Shown here: positions 1-8,495 of the stretch, in pieces
Layout: each line of letters starts with the position of its first letter
Position numbering within the stretch: position 1 is the first letter of the stretch
NCBI GenBank assembly: GCA_036229005.1
Contig: JAZAMN010000067.1
Span: 1-33,040 of the forward strand
Direction: 5' to 3'
DNA length: 33,040 bases
Origin: Myxococcota bacterium
GTDB taxonomy: Bacteria; Myxococcota_A; UBA796; CAJQPC01
Translations under genes and position numbers: made by a program
Notes under the pieces: generated by a model
Seen by the model: only the letters and a program-made list of their open reading frames with translations
The model's database searches: none
What the model was told of the DNA's origin: nothing

Positions 1-217
1 GACGCCACCGGGTCCTCTCGCTGGCCCGCCTGGCAAGGGAGGTCCTGGCAACACCCATGAGACGCTATTTCGGGGCGGCCTCCCTACGTCGTGAGGCCTA
101 CAGGCTGAGGGCTGCAGTGGTTTGTGGGGATTGGTAAGGGCCTTGCCCCCTACTCAAAAAACACAGCCAGGCGCTCCTACCCGGCACTCCCGCTCAACGA
201 GGCACTCATCCCCAACC

Positions 218-1234
218 TCACTCCCCAGTGTCCTTCCCCGTATCCCCACCAGTATCCCCGGTATCCCCACCCAACTCACACTCCTCCGAGTTGTTCGCGC
301 ACTGCGCGTGGCAGTTGTCCTCGGAGACCGCCTGGATGGCGGCCTTGCCGGCGACGCCGGAGGCCTCCTCGACGCGGACGCGCATGCAGCCGGCGGGGTC
401 CTCGCAGGGCTCGCAGTAGACCCCGAAGAGCTCCATGCGCTCGCAGTAGTCCTGCTCGTAGTGGGCGTTCAGCGGCGTCATGCCGATGGCGCCGGCCAGG
501 CTGACGGCGCCGAGTTGGGTGCCGTCAGGTGAGATGAGCGCGTTGATGCGGGCTTCGTAGAGTGTCACCGGGCCAGCATCGGTGGCCAGGGTCACGCTGT
601 CCGCGCTCCAGCTCCCCGTGGCGGCCTCCAGGTCCACGACGCCGGTCATGGGGTCGGTCGCGTCGCAGAAGTCCTGGTCACCCGCCGCGATCTGGGCGAG
701 CTCCAGGCCCTGGTCCGAGCGCAGCGTGCCGCGCCCCAGGATCCAGCCGCCCAGCAGAGTCTCCACCTCAGAGGCCAGGCTGCTCGGGGCGACCACCGAG
801 CTGTCGGTGGTCATGCGCAGGTCCCAGGCCAGGGTCTCCAGAGTGGCCTGGTCCACGGTCACGGCCGTGCCAAAGGGCGTCGTGGTGAAGGTGCCCTCGC
901 GGTAGGTGCACCCCGTGTCCACCCACCAGTTGTAGGTGGTGTTGGGCTCCAGCGCCTCGGTGGGGGTCAGGGTCAGCACGCCGTCCACCCACTCGATGTC
1001 CTCGTCTACACCCACGATGTCGGCGGTGCCGAACCACTCGCCGTCCAGGGTGATGGAGACGGATGTGCTCAGAGGCAGATCCACCTCCCCCTGACCGGGC
1101 TCGAAGTCCAGGATCCAGGTGCAGTCCCGCTCACCCGTCTCCCAGGCGGTCTCCCAGGTGGGCTGGTTGAAGATGCGGTCGCCGATGACGGCGAACATCC
1201 CGGGCCAACAAGCGGTCAGCGTGAGCAGCAGCAT
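218..1234 (-). CDS. Lipoprotein with Ig-like (Big_5-type) domain and Cys-rich acidic C-terminus
   Basis: Lipobox LTAC; 'LTLTPTEALEPNTTY' is typical of Big_5-like domains; Cys cluster near the end; DTG low-complexity tail; GC3-rich codons. Confidence 0.75.
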   Translation of the reverse strand: MLLLTLTACWPGMFAVIGDRIFNQPTWETAWETGERDCTWILDFEPGQGEVDLPLSTSVSITLDGEWFGTADIVGVDEDIEWVDGVLTLTPTEALEPNTTYNWWVDTGCTYREGTFTTTPFGTAVTVDQATLETLAWDLRMTTDSSVVAPSSLASEVETLLGGWILGRGTLRSDQGLELAQIAAGDQDFCDATDPMTGVVDLEAATGSWSADSVTLATDAGPVTLYEARINALISPDGTQLGAVSLAGAIGMTPLNAHYEQDYCERMELFGVYCEPCEDPAGCMRVRVEEASGVAGKAAIQAVSEDNCHAQCANNSEECELGGDTGDTGGDTGKDTGE

Positions 1235-1302
1235 CCGGTCCTCTCATCCCTGCAGGGGTCAGTGTGCCCCGCCGCGGCCCAGCCCGCCAACCGGCCCTGT
1301 AC

Positions 1303-3648
1303 TCACTCGCAGATCCCTGCGCTGTTGCAGGTCTCCCCGGAGCCACAGTCCGCGCTGGTGGTGCACTGGGCGCAGTCGGTGACATCGCCGGTGCTCGACT
1401 GCACCAGGTGGTCGCTGTCGACGATCGCGAAGCCCGGGATCACCACGCCGTCGCCATAGGTGCAGGAGGCGCTGGCGCACATCGTGTCGTAGTCGTCGTA
1501 GCCGCTGACAAAGCCCTCGGCCCAGACCAACTCGAAGGGGTCGATGGCGCAGTTCAGGTTGGTGCTCCACTGCACCTCAAAGGCGTAGAGGCCCGGCTCG
1601 GGGAAGCTCACGTAGGTGAACTTCTTCCACTGGCCGTCGCTCCACTGGACGCTCAGGACCTCCGTGCCCTCGATGGAGAAGGACAACGCGTCGTTCCCGA
1701 TGAGCCCCATCGTGTAGTTCAGGGGGTCATCACAGCCAATGTTGAGGTAGCCCCGGAAGCGCCCGGCGCCCACGCTGCTGGTCCCGCTCAGGGTGGGCCA
1801 GTCGTTGGTGCTGCTGGAGTAGTTGCCCATGGACGCGGCGTAGTCGCTGCCGCAGCGGTTGGAGTAGTCCAGCTCGTCCACGGTGTCCGACTCGCTGTAG
1901 GTCGCAGACTCCAGCGCCGTCATGTAGGTGGACAGGTTGGCGCTGTAGTGCGGGTTCGCGCTGGTGGAGAACTCGCCGATCAGGCTGCAGGCCCCGCCGT
2001 GGCTGGGGCTCTCGACCTCGCCGTGGGAGGGGGAGGAGATGAGCGTGGGATCGGAGCAGTCGGTGTCGGCGGTCCCATCACAGTCCGTGTCGGCCCCATC
2101 ACAGATCTCATACGCGTCGGTGTTGACGAGGCCATCGGCATCATCGCAGTCCGTGTTGTCCTCGACATAGCCGCTGGGCGCCTCGCACTGGGTGGTCGGG
2201 CTGGCGGAGTCATCGCCGAAGCCGTCACAGTCCAGGTCCGGATACCAGTCCGTGGCGTCCGTGGCGTTGTTGTCGACCGTGCCGTCGCAGTCGTCGTCGA
2301 CCTCGTTGCAGGTCTCCGTGCCGGCGGGGCTCACGTCCGCGTCGGTGTCGTCGCAGTCGCTGCTGTCCGAGGTCCACCCCGAGGGCTCCTCGCAGGCGGT
2401 GGTCGTGTAGTCGGTGGAGCCGTAGCCATCGCCGTCGTAGTCGATGTACCAGGTGCTGGCGTCGGCCGCGTCGTCCTCGTCCGTGTCGCCGTCACAGTCG
2501 TCGTCCACGCCGTTGCACAGCTCGCTGGCCGCCGGAGAGACCGCCGCGTCGCCGTCGTCGCAGTCCAGGGCGTTCCCCACCGCTCCGCTCGGCGCCGTGC
2601 AGGCCTCCGAGCTGCTGCCCGCGTCTCCGTAGCCGTCCGCGTCCGTATCCGCGTACCAGGTGGCGGCGTCCGAGGCCTCCTCGTCCACGCTCCCGTCGCA
2701 GTCGTCGTCCCCGGCGTTGCAGACCTCGCTGCCCGCGGGGTTCACGCTGGCGTCCCCGTCGTCGCAGTCCGTGCTGTCCGCCAGGTACCCGGAGGGCTGC
2801 TCGCAGGCGACCTTGCTGGCTCCCGCGTCGCCGTAGCCGTCCGTGTCCGCGTCGGCGTACCAGGTGCTCGCGTCGGCGGCGTCGTCCTCGTCGCTGTCGC
2901 CGTCGCAGTCGTCGTCCACCCCGTTGCACAGCTCGGTGGCGCCCGGGTTCACCTCCGCGCTCCCGTCATCGCAGTCGCTGCTGTCCGCGACCGCACCACT
3001 GGGGGCCTCGCAGGAGACCGAAGCGCTGTCGGGGTCCCCGTACCCATCGCTGTCGGAGTCGGTGTACCAGGTGCCTGCGTCCACCGCCGAGTCCTCGTCG
3101 ACCTCCCCATCGCAGTTGTTGTCCACACCGTCGCAGACCTCGGCCGCGTCGGGGTTCACGCCAGGGCTCGCGTCGTCGCACTCCTCGCAGGCCGCGAAGC
3201 CGTCCCCATCGGCGTCCGCGTAGCCCACCGAGCCGTCGCAGTTGTAGTCGGCCGGGTCGGTGCAGTCGTCTTCTGCCGCGCCCGGGTGGTAGGCGGTGTC
3301 GCCGTCGTCGCAGTCCCCATCCAGCTCCACGGTGCCAAAGGGTGCCTCGCAGGCCTGGGTCCCCTCCCCCGTCCCGTAGCCATCGCCGTCGGAGTCCAGG
3401 TACCAGGTGGCCGCGTCCACGGCGTCCACGTCCACGCGCCCGTCGCAGTCGTTGTCCACGCCATCGCAGAGCTCGTCGGCTCCCGGATACACGGCCGCGT
3501 CGTTGTCGTCGCAGTCCTCGGCCGCGCCGATCCCGTCGCCGTCCAGGTCCACCAGCTCGCCGGTGTCGTCCTCGACCAGGGCCGAGGTGTCCAGGGCGGC
3601 GTCCTTGGTGCGGCAGCCGAGCGCGGCCAGGATCAAGAGCAGGGACAT
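1303..3648 (-). CDS. Lipoprotein with 8 putative metal-binding (MopE-related) repeats and a C-terminal PA14/TraA-like domain
   Basis: Start reassigned to ATG 3648 (MSLLLILAALGC lipobox, GGAG upstream); 8 x (D/E)CDD...P...E.C...D..CDG repeats with WY.D.DGDGYG linkers; C-terminal RFRGYLNI...F.EPGLY..E and CTTSADC motifs. Confidence 0.85.
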   Translation of the reverse strand: MSLLLILAALGCRTKDAALDTSALVEDDTGELVDLDGDGIGAAEDCDDNDAAVYPGADELCDGVDNDCDGRVDVDAVDAATWYLDSDGDGYGTGEGTQACEAPFGTVELDGDCDDGDTAYHPGAAEDDCTDPADYNCDGSVGYADADGDGFAACEECDDASPGVNPDAAEVCDGVDNNCDGEVDEDSAVDAGTWYTDSDSDGYGDPDSASVSCEAPSGAVADSSDCDDGSAEVNPGATELCNGVDDDCDGDSDEDDAADASTWYADADTDGYGDAGASKVACEQPSGYLADSTDCDDGDASVNPAGSEVCNAGDDDCDGSVDEEASDAATWYADTDADGYGDAGSSSEACTAPSGAVGNALDCDDGDAAVSPAASELCNGVDDDCDGDTDEDDAADASTWYIDYDGDGYGSTDYTTTACEEPSGWTSDSSDCDDTDADVSPAGTETCNEVDDDCDGTVDNNATDATDWYPDLDCDGFGDDSASPTTQCEAPSGYVEDNTDCDDADGLVNTDAYEICDGADTDCDGTADTDCSDPTLISSPSHGEVESPSHGGACSLIGEFSTSANPHYSANLSTYMTALESATYSESDTVDELDYSNRCGSDYAASMGNYSSSTNDWPTLSGTSSVGAGRFRGYLNIGCDDPLNYTMGLIGNDALSFSIEGTEVLSVQWSDGQWKKFTYVSFPEPGLYAFEVQWSTNLNCAIDPFELVWAEGFVSGYDDYDTMCASASCTYGDGVVIPGFAIVDSDHLVQSSTGDVTDCAQCTTSADCGSGETCNSAGICE

Positions 3649-3714
3649 GGGGAACTCCGGGGTCAGGGGCCGGCATACTACCGAAGACACCGGCCCTGTG
3701 GCAGCATTCGCGCC

Positions 3715-6054
3715 ATGTGGACATGGATCACCGCACTCTCTCTCGCCAGCGCGCCCAGCCTGGCCGGCCCGAACCCCGCCTTGGAGGCCGATCTCCAGAC
3801 GCTCCAGGCGCAGCGCTGGCAGGACTCCCTGGACAGCACCGAGTACGCGGCCTCGCCCTACCAGAGCGCCGCCGATCTGCCCCCCGTGCTGGAGGTGGAG
3901 ACCGCGTTCCAGGCCTTCAACGACTACTACTACTTCGCGCTGGTGGACGGGCGGCTCTACTACAAGCCCCGCTTCAAGCGCCCCGCCGGCGAGCCCGACT
4001 GGGTGACCGACCTCCCCTGGAAGCTGCTGGGCCACGGCGGCGGCCTCCCCTACCGCCTGGACCACCGCAAGGCCGAACAGCTCGACACCACCTGGGCCGA
4101 CGGGGACCGCAACGGCTTCGTCCACGACCGGGCCTTCGAGACCGCCACCCCGGACCAGTGGCGGGACTACATCGACGTGGCCGGCTGGGAGGCCGCCAGC
4201 GCCTGGTCCGATGAGCCCATCGCCCTGGACCCCGAGTTCCCCAGCGCCGAGCGCCTGATCGCCATCACCGCCGACGCCGACGAGATCGCCGTGCTCACCA
4301 GCGACCGCCGCATGTTCTACCGGCGCAAGTTCGCCAACATCTTCGTCAGCGCCGAGTGGCAGGCCGGCTGGGGCCAGTCCAAGGACCTGCCCGTCTACTT
4401 CCCCGAGCACCTCAGCGACCACCTGGGCTGGTCCCTGGGCCGCATCACCGCCGCGGGGGTCGGCTACAAGGAGGGCCCCGACGGCCGCATCTTCGAGTGG
4501 GGCCCCGCCGCCGTCTCCATGGAGACCATGGTCTGGCTCAGCCCCGACGGCCGCAAGATCTACTACCTGGACTCCGGCACGCCCCCCGAGGTCGTCCACT
4601 TTGTCGAGGCCCCCTTCCGCGGCCAGTGGCGCGGCGAGGCCATCAACTCCGCCGCCTCCACCGTCATGCTCATCGACCGCTTCGGCGCCGTGCAGACCAA
4701 GATCGCCGACTTCGACCTTCTGGGCAGCACCCCCACGCACCCCTACTGCTACAACCAGGAGTGCGACGACGAGCCCTTCTACGCCCCCGGCGACATCCGC
4801 TCCGGCATGGCCGACATCCGCCTGCCCCCCGAAGGCTGGATGGTCCACAGCCCGGTCCTCCCCCCCGAGCAGTGGGACGAGCAGAACTTCCTCACCCGCC
4901 GCATCAGCATCCTGCAGACCGGCAAGGGCAACGCCTCCCGGGAGCTCCGCATCGTCGGGATGAAGGAGGGAGAGGTGGGGACCTGGTACAAGGCTCTGAC
5001 CGACACCGTCTGGTCATTTCGGGCCGCCGCGCCTGGTGACCTGGGCTTCGCGTTCACCGACGAGGACAGGCTGTCCCCCTCCGAGCTCGCCCAATACAGC
5101 GCGGACGCCGACCTGCAGGCCCTCCACGCCGCCGAGCCCTCCCTGGATCAGGAGCTGGTCGGCAAGCTCGCCCTGCGCGAGGGCGTGGTGCTGGACTTCG
5201 TCATCGACGACTTCAACCTGGAGGCCAGCCCCTGGCAGGCCCACATCCGCTGGCGCGAGGTCGACCTGCCCCTGCAGGTGCACGTGGTCCAAGCCTGGAA
5301 CCCCTACATGGCCCCCCACAGCGGCCCCGGGCGCCCGGAGATCCACAGCTACGAGGCCACCCTCTCCTTCGACCGCGCCGATCTCGAACGCCGCATGGCC
5401 GGCGGCGAGGCCAGCTCGGTCGAGGGCCTGATGATCCGCTCGCTGCTGGAGGAGCTGGAGAACGACAAGTTCGCCCTGGTCATCAACGCCAGCGAGCGCG
5501 GCTTCGAGGTGCTGCCCAAGTCCAAGCGCCGCATGGGCAAGGGCTTCGCCGTCGCGCTCCAGCCCACCCTGCGCCCGGAGAGCGAGGCCGTCTCCGACTG
5601 GTTCACCGCCTTCTGGAACACCCAGGCCGGCCACATGGGCTGGACCGCCGAGCTGGCCGCCCTCTCGGCCCAACCCCAGTGCGGCCAGGGCTGGGCCGCC
5701 CAGGTCGTCGAGCTGGACCAGCGCATCACCACCGAGCGCAAGGAGCTCAATCAGGTCTGGCGCGAGGCCCGGCGCTTCTCCCGCTTCACCTTCACCACCA
5801 GCGGGCTGATGTACGTCACCCAAGCCAAGACCCTGGACGCGGCGCTGGACAACCGGCGGGAGTGGCGCGGCACCGAGGTGCGCCCCAACGAGCTCCGCTT
5901 CAACGTCATCACCGGCGTCACCAGCCGCATCCCCTACCTGGCCGCCAACATCGCCCGGGTGCAGCGCGCGCGCGCCCAGGCCGCCGCGTCCGAGGCCGAG
6001 GCCCTGCAGCCCGAGCTGGACGCCCTGGTCGAGATCGCCGAGGCTTGTGACTGA
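3715..6054 (+). CDS. Secreted hypothetical protein (779 aa), aromatic-rich, probably beta-rich with a helical C-terminus
   Basis: Real start is ATG 3715 (MWTWITALSLASAPSLA signal peptide); strong GC3 bias; the 5' part of ORF 1264..6054 is the antisense shadow of the neighbouring gene. Confidence 0.8.
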   Translation: MWTWITALSLASAPSLAGPNPALEADLQTLQAQRWQDSLDSTEYAASPYQSAADLPPVLEVETAFQAFNDYYYFALVDGRLYYKPRFKRPAGEPDWVTDLPWKLLGHGGGLPYRLDHRKAEQLDTTWADGDRNGFVHDRAFETATPDQWRDYIDVAGWEAASAWSDEPIALDPEFPSAERLIAITADADEIAVLTSDRRMFYRRKFANIFVSAEWQAGWGQSKDLPVYFPEHLSDHLGWSLGRITAAGVGYKEGPDGRIFEWGPAAVSMETMVWLSPDGRKIYYLDSGTPPEVVHFVEAPFRGQWRGEAINSAASTVMLIDRFGAVQTKIADFDLLGSTPTHPYCYNQECDDEPFYAPGDIRSGMADIRLPPEGWMVHSPVLPPEQWDEQNFLTRRISILQTGKGNASRELRIVGMKEGEVGTWYKALTDTVWSFRAAAPGDLGFAFTDEDRLSPSELAQYSADADLQALHAAEPSLDQELVGKLALREGVVLDFVIDDFNLEASPWQAHIRWREVDLPLQVHVVQAWNPYMAPHSGPGRPEIHSYEATLSFDRADLERRMAGGEASSVEGLMIRSLLEELENDKFALVINASERGFEVLPKSKRRMGKGFAVALQPTLRPESEAVSDWFTAFWNTQAGHMGWTAELAALSAQPQCGQGWAAQVVELDQRITTERKELNQVWREARRFSRFTFTTSGLMYVTQAKTLDAALDNRREWRGTEVRPNELRFNVITGVTSRIPYLAANIARVQRARAQAAASEAEALQPELDALVEIAEACD

Positions 6055-6089
6055 GCGCAACTCTCCGCCCCCAGGCCCCCACCCCAACC

Positions 6090-6485
6090 ATGCTGCTCCC
6101 TCTCCGAATCGCGCTGCTTCAGGGTGTCCTCGCCTGCGGGCTGGGGCTGCTGGATGTGTGGCTCACCGGCGGGCCCGGGGTGTTGTGCTTGGTTGTGGGG
6201 CTCTTCATCGGTGCCCTCCTCTCCCTGGGACGCACCCAGCCCGAGCGCACCCGCCTGCCCCAGCTCGCCCTGCGCGTCGCGGTCCACCACGCCGTCCTGG
6301 GGGGCGCGGTCTACGGCCTGCTGGTCGAGGTCCCCGCTTGGTGGGCCCCGGGCGCCATCGGCCTGCTCACCGGCGGCGCGGCCCTGGTCCTCACGATGGT
6401 CGCTGGAGACGCCGCCCTGCACTGGTTCGGCGAGCCCGAGACGCCGACCGTCCCCGAGCGCCTGCCCCCGCCCCGCTTCGACTGA
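6090..6485 (+). CDS. Small membrane protein (about 4 TM helices)
   Basis: Leu/Gly/Val-rich hydrophobic segments; GC3 bias. Confidence 0.65.
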   Translation: MLLPLRIALLQGVLACGLGLLDVWLTGGPGVLCLVVGLFIGALLSLGRTQPERTRLPQLALRVAVHHAVLGGAVYGLLVEVPAWWAPGAIGLLTGGAALVLTMVAGDAALHWFGEPETPTVPERLPPPRFD

Positions 6486-6488
6486 GCC

Positions 6489-7565
6489 GTGGTCTCCGAG
6501 CTGCTCTCCCCCGCCGAGGTCCTGGCCGTCAACCTGGTCCTGGCCGGCTTTGACGCCTGGCTGCTGCACCGCATCCGCCGCCACCGCGCCCCCAAGCTCG
6601 TGTTCACCGGCCTGCTCGCCGGCTTCTCCCTGACGGGCATCCTCGCCCTGGGCCTGATGCTGGTCGGTTCGAGCACCGCGTTCGGGGTCATGCAGCTTCT
6701 GTGCTGGGCCCTCTTCCTGCACGGTCCCGTGGTGATCCTGGCCTCCGCGCTCTGGATCCCCACCCTCCGGCCCGCCCTGGTGCTCCCCCTCCTCAGCACC
6801 CTGCTCGCCGGCGAGGTCTTCCTGAGGGAGCCCAAGGCCCTCTCCGTCACCGAGCTGGAGCTGCCCATGCCCGGCCTCCAGGAGCCCCTCACCCTGCTGC
6901 TCATCGCCGACCTGCAGACCGACCAGGTGGGCGCCTACGAGCGCCAGGCCCTCGCACAGATCCAGGCCCTGCAGCCCGACTACCTGCTCTGGGCGGGCGA
7001 CTACGTGCAGGTCTACGACCCCCAGGGCTACGAGGAGGAGCGGGCTGCGCTGAACGCCGAGCTCCTGGACCTCACCACTCCGGGTCTGGCGGTGGGCGGA
7101 GACATCGACGGACTTGGGCGCTGGCCCGAGGTCTTCAGTGGCACACAGACCCGCGCCCTCACACAGAGCGAGACCGTCGACCTGGGCCCCATCGTGGTCA
7201 CCGGATTGACCCTGGCCGACTCCCGCAGCGCGGCGCCGCCCGTGCCGACCGTGCACAAACCCCATGTTGTGCTGGGGCACGCGCCGGACTTCGCCCTGGC
7301 CCACCCCGACGCCGAGCTGCTGCTCGCCGGACACACCCACGGGGGCCAGATACAGATCCCCGGAGTCGGCCCGCTGATGACCCTCTCCAAGGTCCCGCGG
7401 GACTGGGCCAGCGGGGTCACACAGATACACCCCGAGAGCACCCTGGTGGTGTCTCGGGGTGTGGGCCTGGAGCGCGCGGACGCGCCCAGGATTCGGCTCT
7501 TCTGCACGCCGGAGCTGGTGTTGATCCGGCTGGTTCCAGCCCCCCAGGAGCCAGCGCCCCTATAG
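6489..7565 (+). CDS. Membrane-anchored metallophosphoesterase (calcineurin-like, YkuE/YaeI type)
   Basis: N-terminal TM helices; motifs ADLQ, AGDY, GGDID, GHAPD, AGHTHGGQ, VSRGVG and RLFCTPE. Confidence 0.88.
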   Translation: MVSELLSPAEVLAVNLVLAGFDAWLLHRIRRHRAPKLVFTGLLAGFSLTGILALGLMLVGSSTAFGVMQLLCWALFLHGPVVILASALWIPTLRPALVLPLLSTLLAGEVFLREPKALSVTELELPMPGLQEPLTLLLIADLQTDQVGAYERQALAQIQALQPDYLLWAGDYVQVYDPQGYEEERAALNAELLDLTTPGLAVGGDIDGLGRWPEVFSGTQTRALTQSETVDLGPIVVTGLTLADSRSAAPPVPTVHKPHVVLGHAPDFALAHPDAELLLAGHTHGGQIQIPGVGPLMTLSKVPRDWASGVTQIHPESTLVVSRGVGLERADAPRIRLFCTPELVLIRLVPAPQEPAPL

Positions 7566-7599
7566 CGAGAGCCTCAGTAGCGAGAGCCTCAGTAGCGAG
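7563..7599. repeat. 15-bp tandem repeat, about 2.5 copies (TAGCGAGAGCCTCAG)
   Basis: Full copies at 7563 and 7578, partial at 7593; spans both convergent stop codons. Confidence 0.9.
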
Positions 7600-8371
7600 C
7601 GCTCTGGCCGCCGTCGATGGGCAGCACCGTGCCGTTGACGAAGGCGCTGCCGTCGCTCAGGAAGAAGGCGACCACGGCCGCGACCTCCTCGGGCTGGCCG
7701 GCGCGCTTGGTCGGGTTGATGGAGAGGAACTCCTTCGCGGCGACCTCGGGGTGCTCGGGGTTGATCTGCTTGAAGGAGTTCTCGACCATCGGGGTCCAGA
7801 TGACCCCCGGGGCGATGGCGTTCACGCGGATGCCGGTCTCGGCGTATTCGATGGCGGAGTTGCGGGTCAGGCCCACCACGCCGTGCTTGGCGGCGGCGTA
7901 GCCGGACTGGTTGCCCACGCCGCGGATGCCGCCCACGGAGGCCGTGTTCACGATGGAGCCGCTGCCCTGCTTGGCCATGACGGCCAGCACGTGCTTCTGG
8001 CCGTAGAACACGCCCTGCAGGTTGATGGCCAGGACCTTGGCGAACTCGTCGGAGCCGTAGTTCTCCGTCAGGTTCTGCTTGCCCTCGATGCCGGCGTTGT
8101 TGAAGAAGCCGTCGATGCGCCCAAAGGCCTCGACGGTGCCGTCCACATAGGCCTTGACCTGGTCCTCCTTGGAGACGTCGGCCAGGAAGGTCTTGTAGGT
8201 GGCCTCGGGAGCGGCGGCCTTGATCTGGGCCTCGGTCTCCTGCAGGCCCTTCTCGCTGATGTCGACCAGCCCAAGGGTCGCGCCCTGCTTGGCCAGGTAG
8301 ACAGAGGTGGCGCGGCCGAGGCCCGAAGCTGCACCGGTGATGAGGATGACCTTGTCGCTGAACTGTGCCAT
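7589..8371 (-). CDS. Classical SDR oxidoreductase, levodione-reductase-like
   Basis: TGAASGLG, NNAG and YAAAK catalytic motifs; FFNNAGIEGKQN, ASVGGIRGVGNQSGY and IDGGQS match my recollection of levodione reductase; AGGAG RBS. Confidence 0.92.
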   Translation of the reverse strand: MAQFSDKVILITGAASGLGRATSVYLAKQGATLGLVDISEKGLQETEAQIKAAAPEATYKTFLADVSKEDQVKAYVDGTVEAFGRIDGFFNNAGIEGKQNLTENYGSDEFAKVLAINLQGVFYGQKHVLAVMAKQGSGSIVNTASVGGIRGVGNQSGYAAAKHGVVGLTRNSAIEYAETGIRVNAIAPGVIWTPMVENSFKQINPEHPEVAAKEFLSINPTKRAGQPEEVAAVVAFFLSDGSAFVNGTVLPIDGGQSARY

Positions 8372-8373
8372 GG

Positions 8374-8412
8374 TTGGCTCCTGCTTGTTGTTTCAACAGG
8401 TGTAGGAGCCAA
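8374..8412 (-). promoter_or_regulatory. 5' UTR hairpin that sequesters the SDR ribosome-binding site
   Basis: Perfect 9-bp inverted repeat 8374-8382/8404-8412 (mRNA UUGGCUCCU/AGGAGCCAA) plus inner UGUUG/CAACA stem; the AGGAG lies in the 3' arm just before ATG. Confidence 0.55.
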
Positions 8413-8495
8413 ACAGCTACGCAGTGCACACCAAATCCGCAACAGCGAGTCCACTGCTGAGGCACTATTCCTGATCTGCATCGTCAGATGTCGAT

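Noticed and set aside
120..165. Hairpin with flanking A/T runs as terminator of the 218..1234 gene
   Set aside because: The T-run precedes rather than follows the stem on either strand, and the stem is imperfect
1264..4848. Apparent 3.5-kb antiparallel overlap of the 1596-aa (+) and 1181-aa (-) ORFs
   Set aside because: Each 5' extension is the stop-free antisense shadow of the other high-GC3 gene; real starts with signal peptides are at 3648 (-) and 3715 (+)
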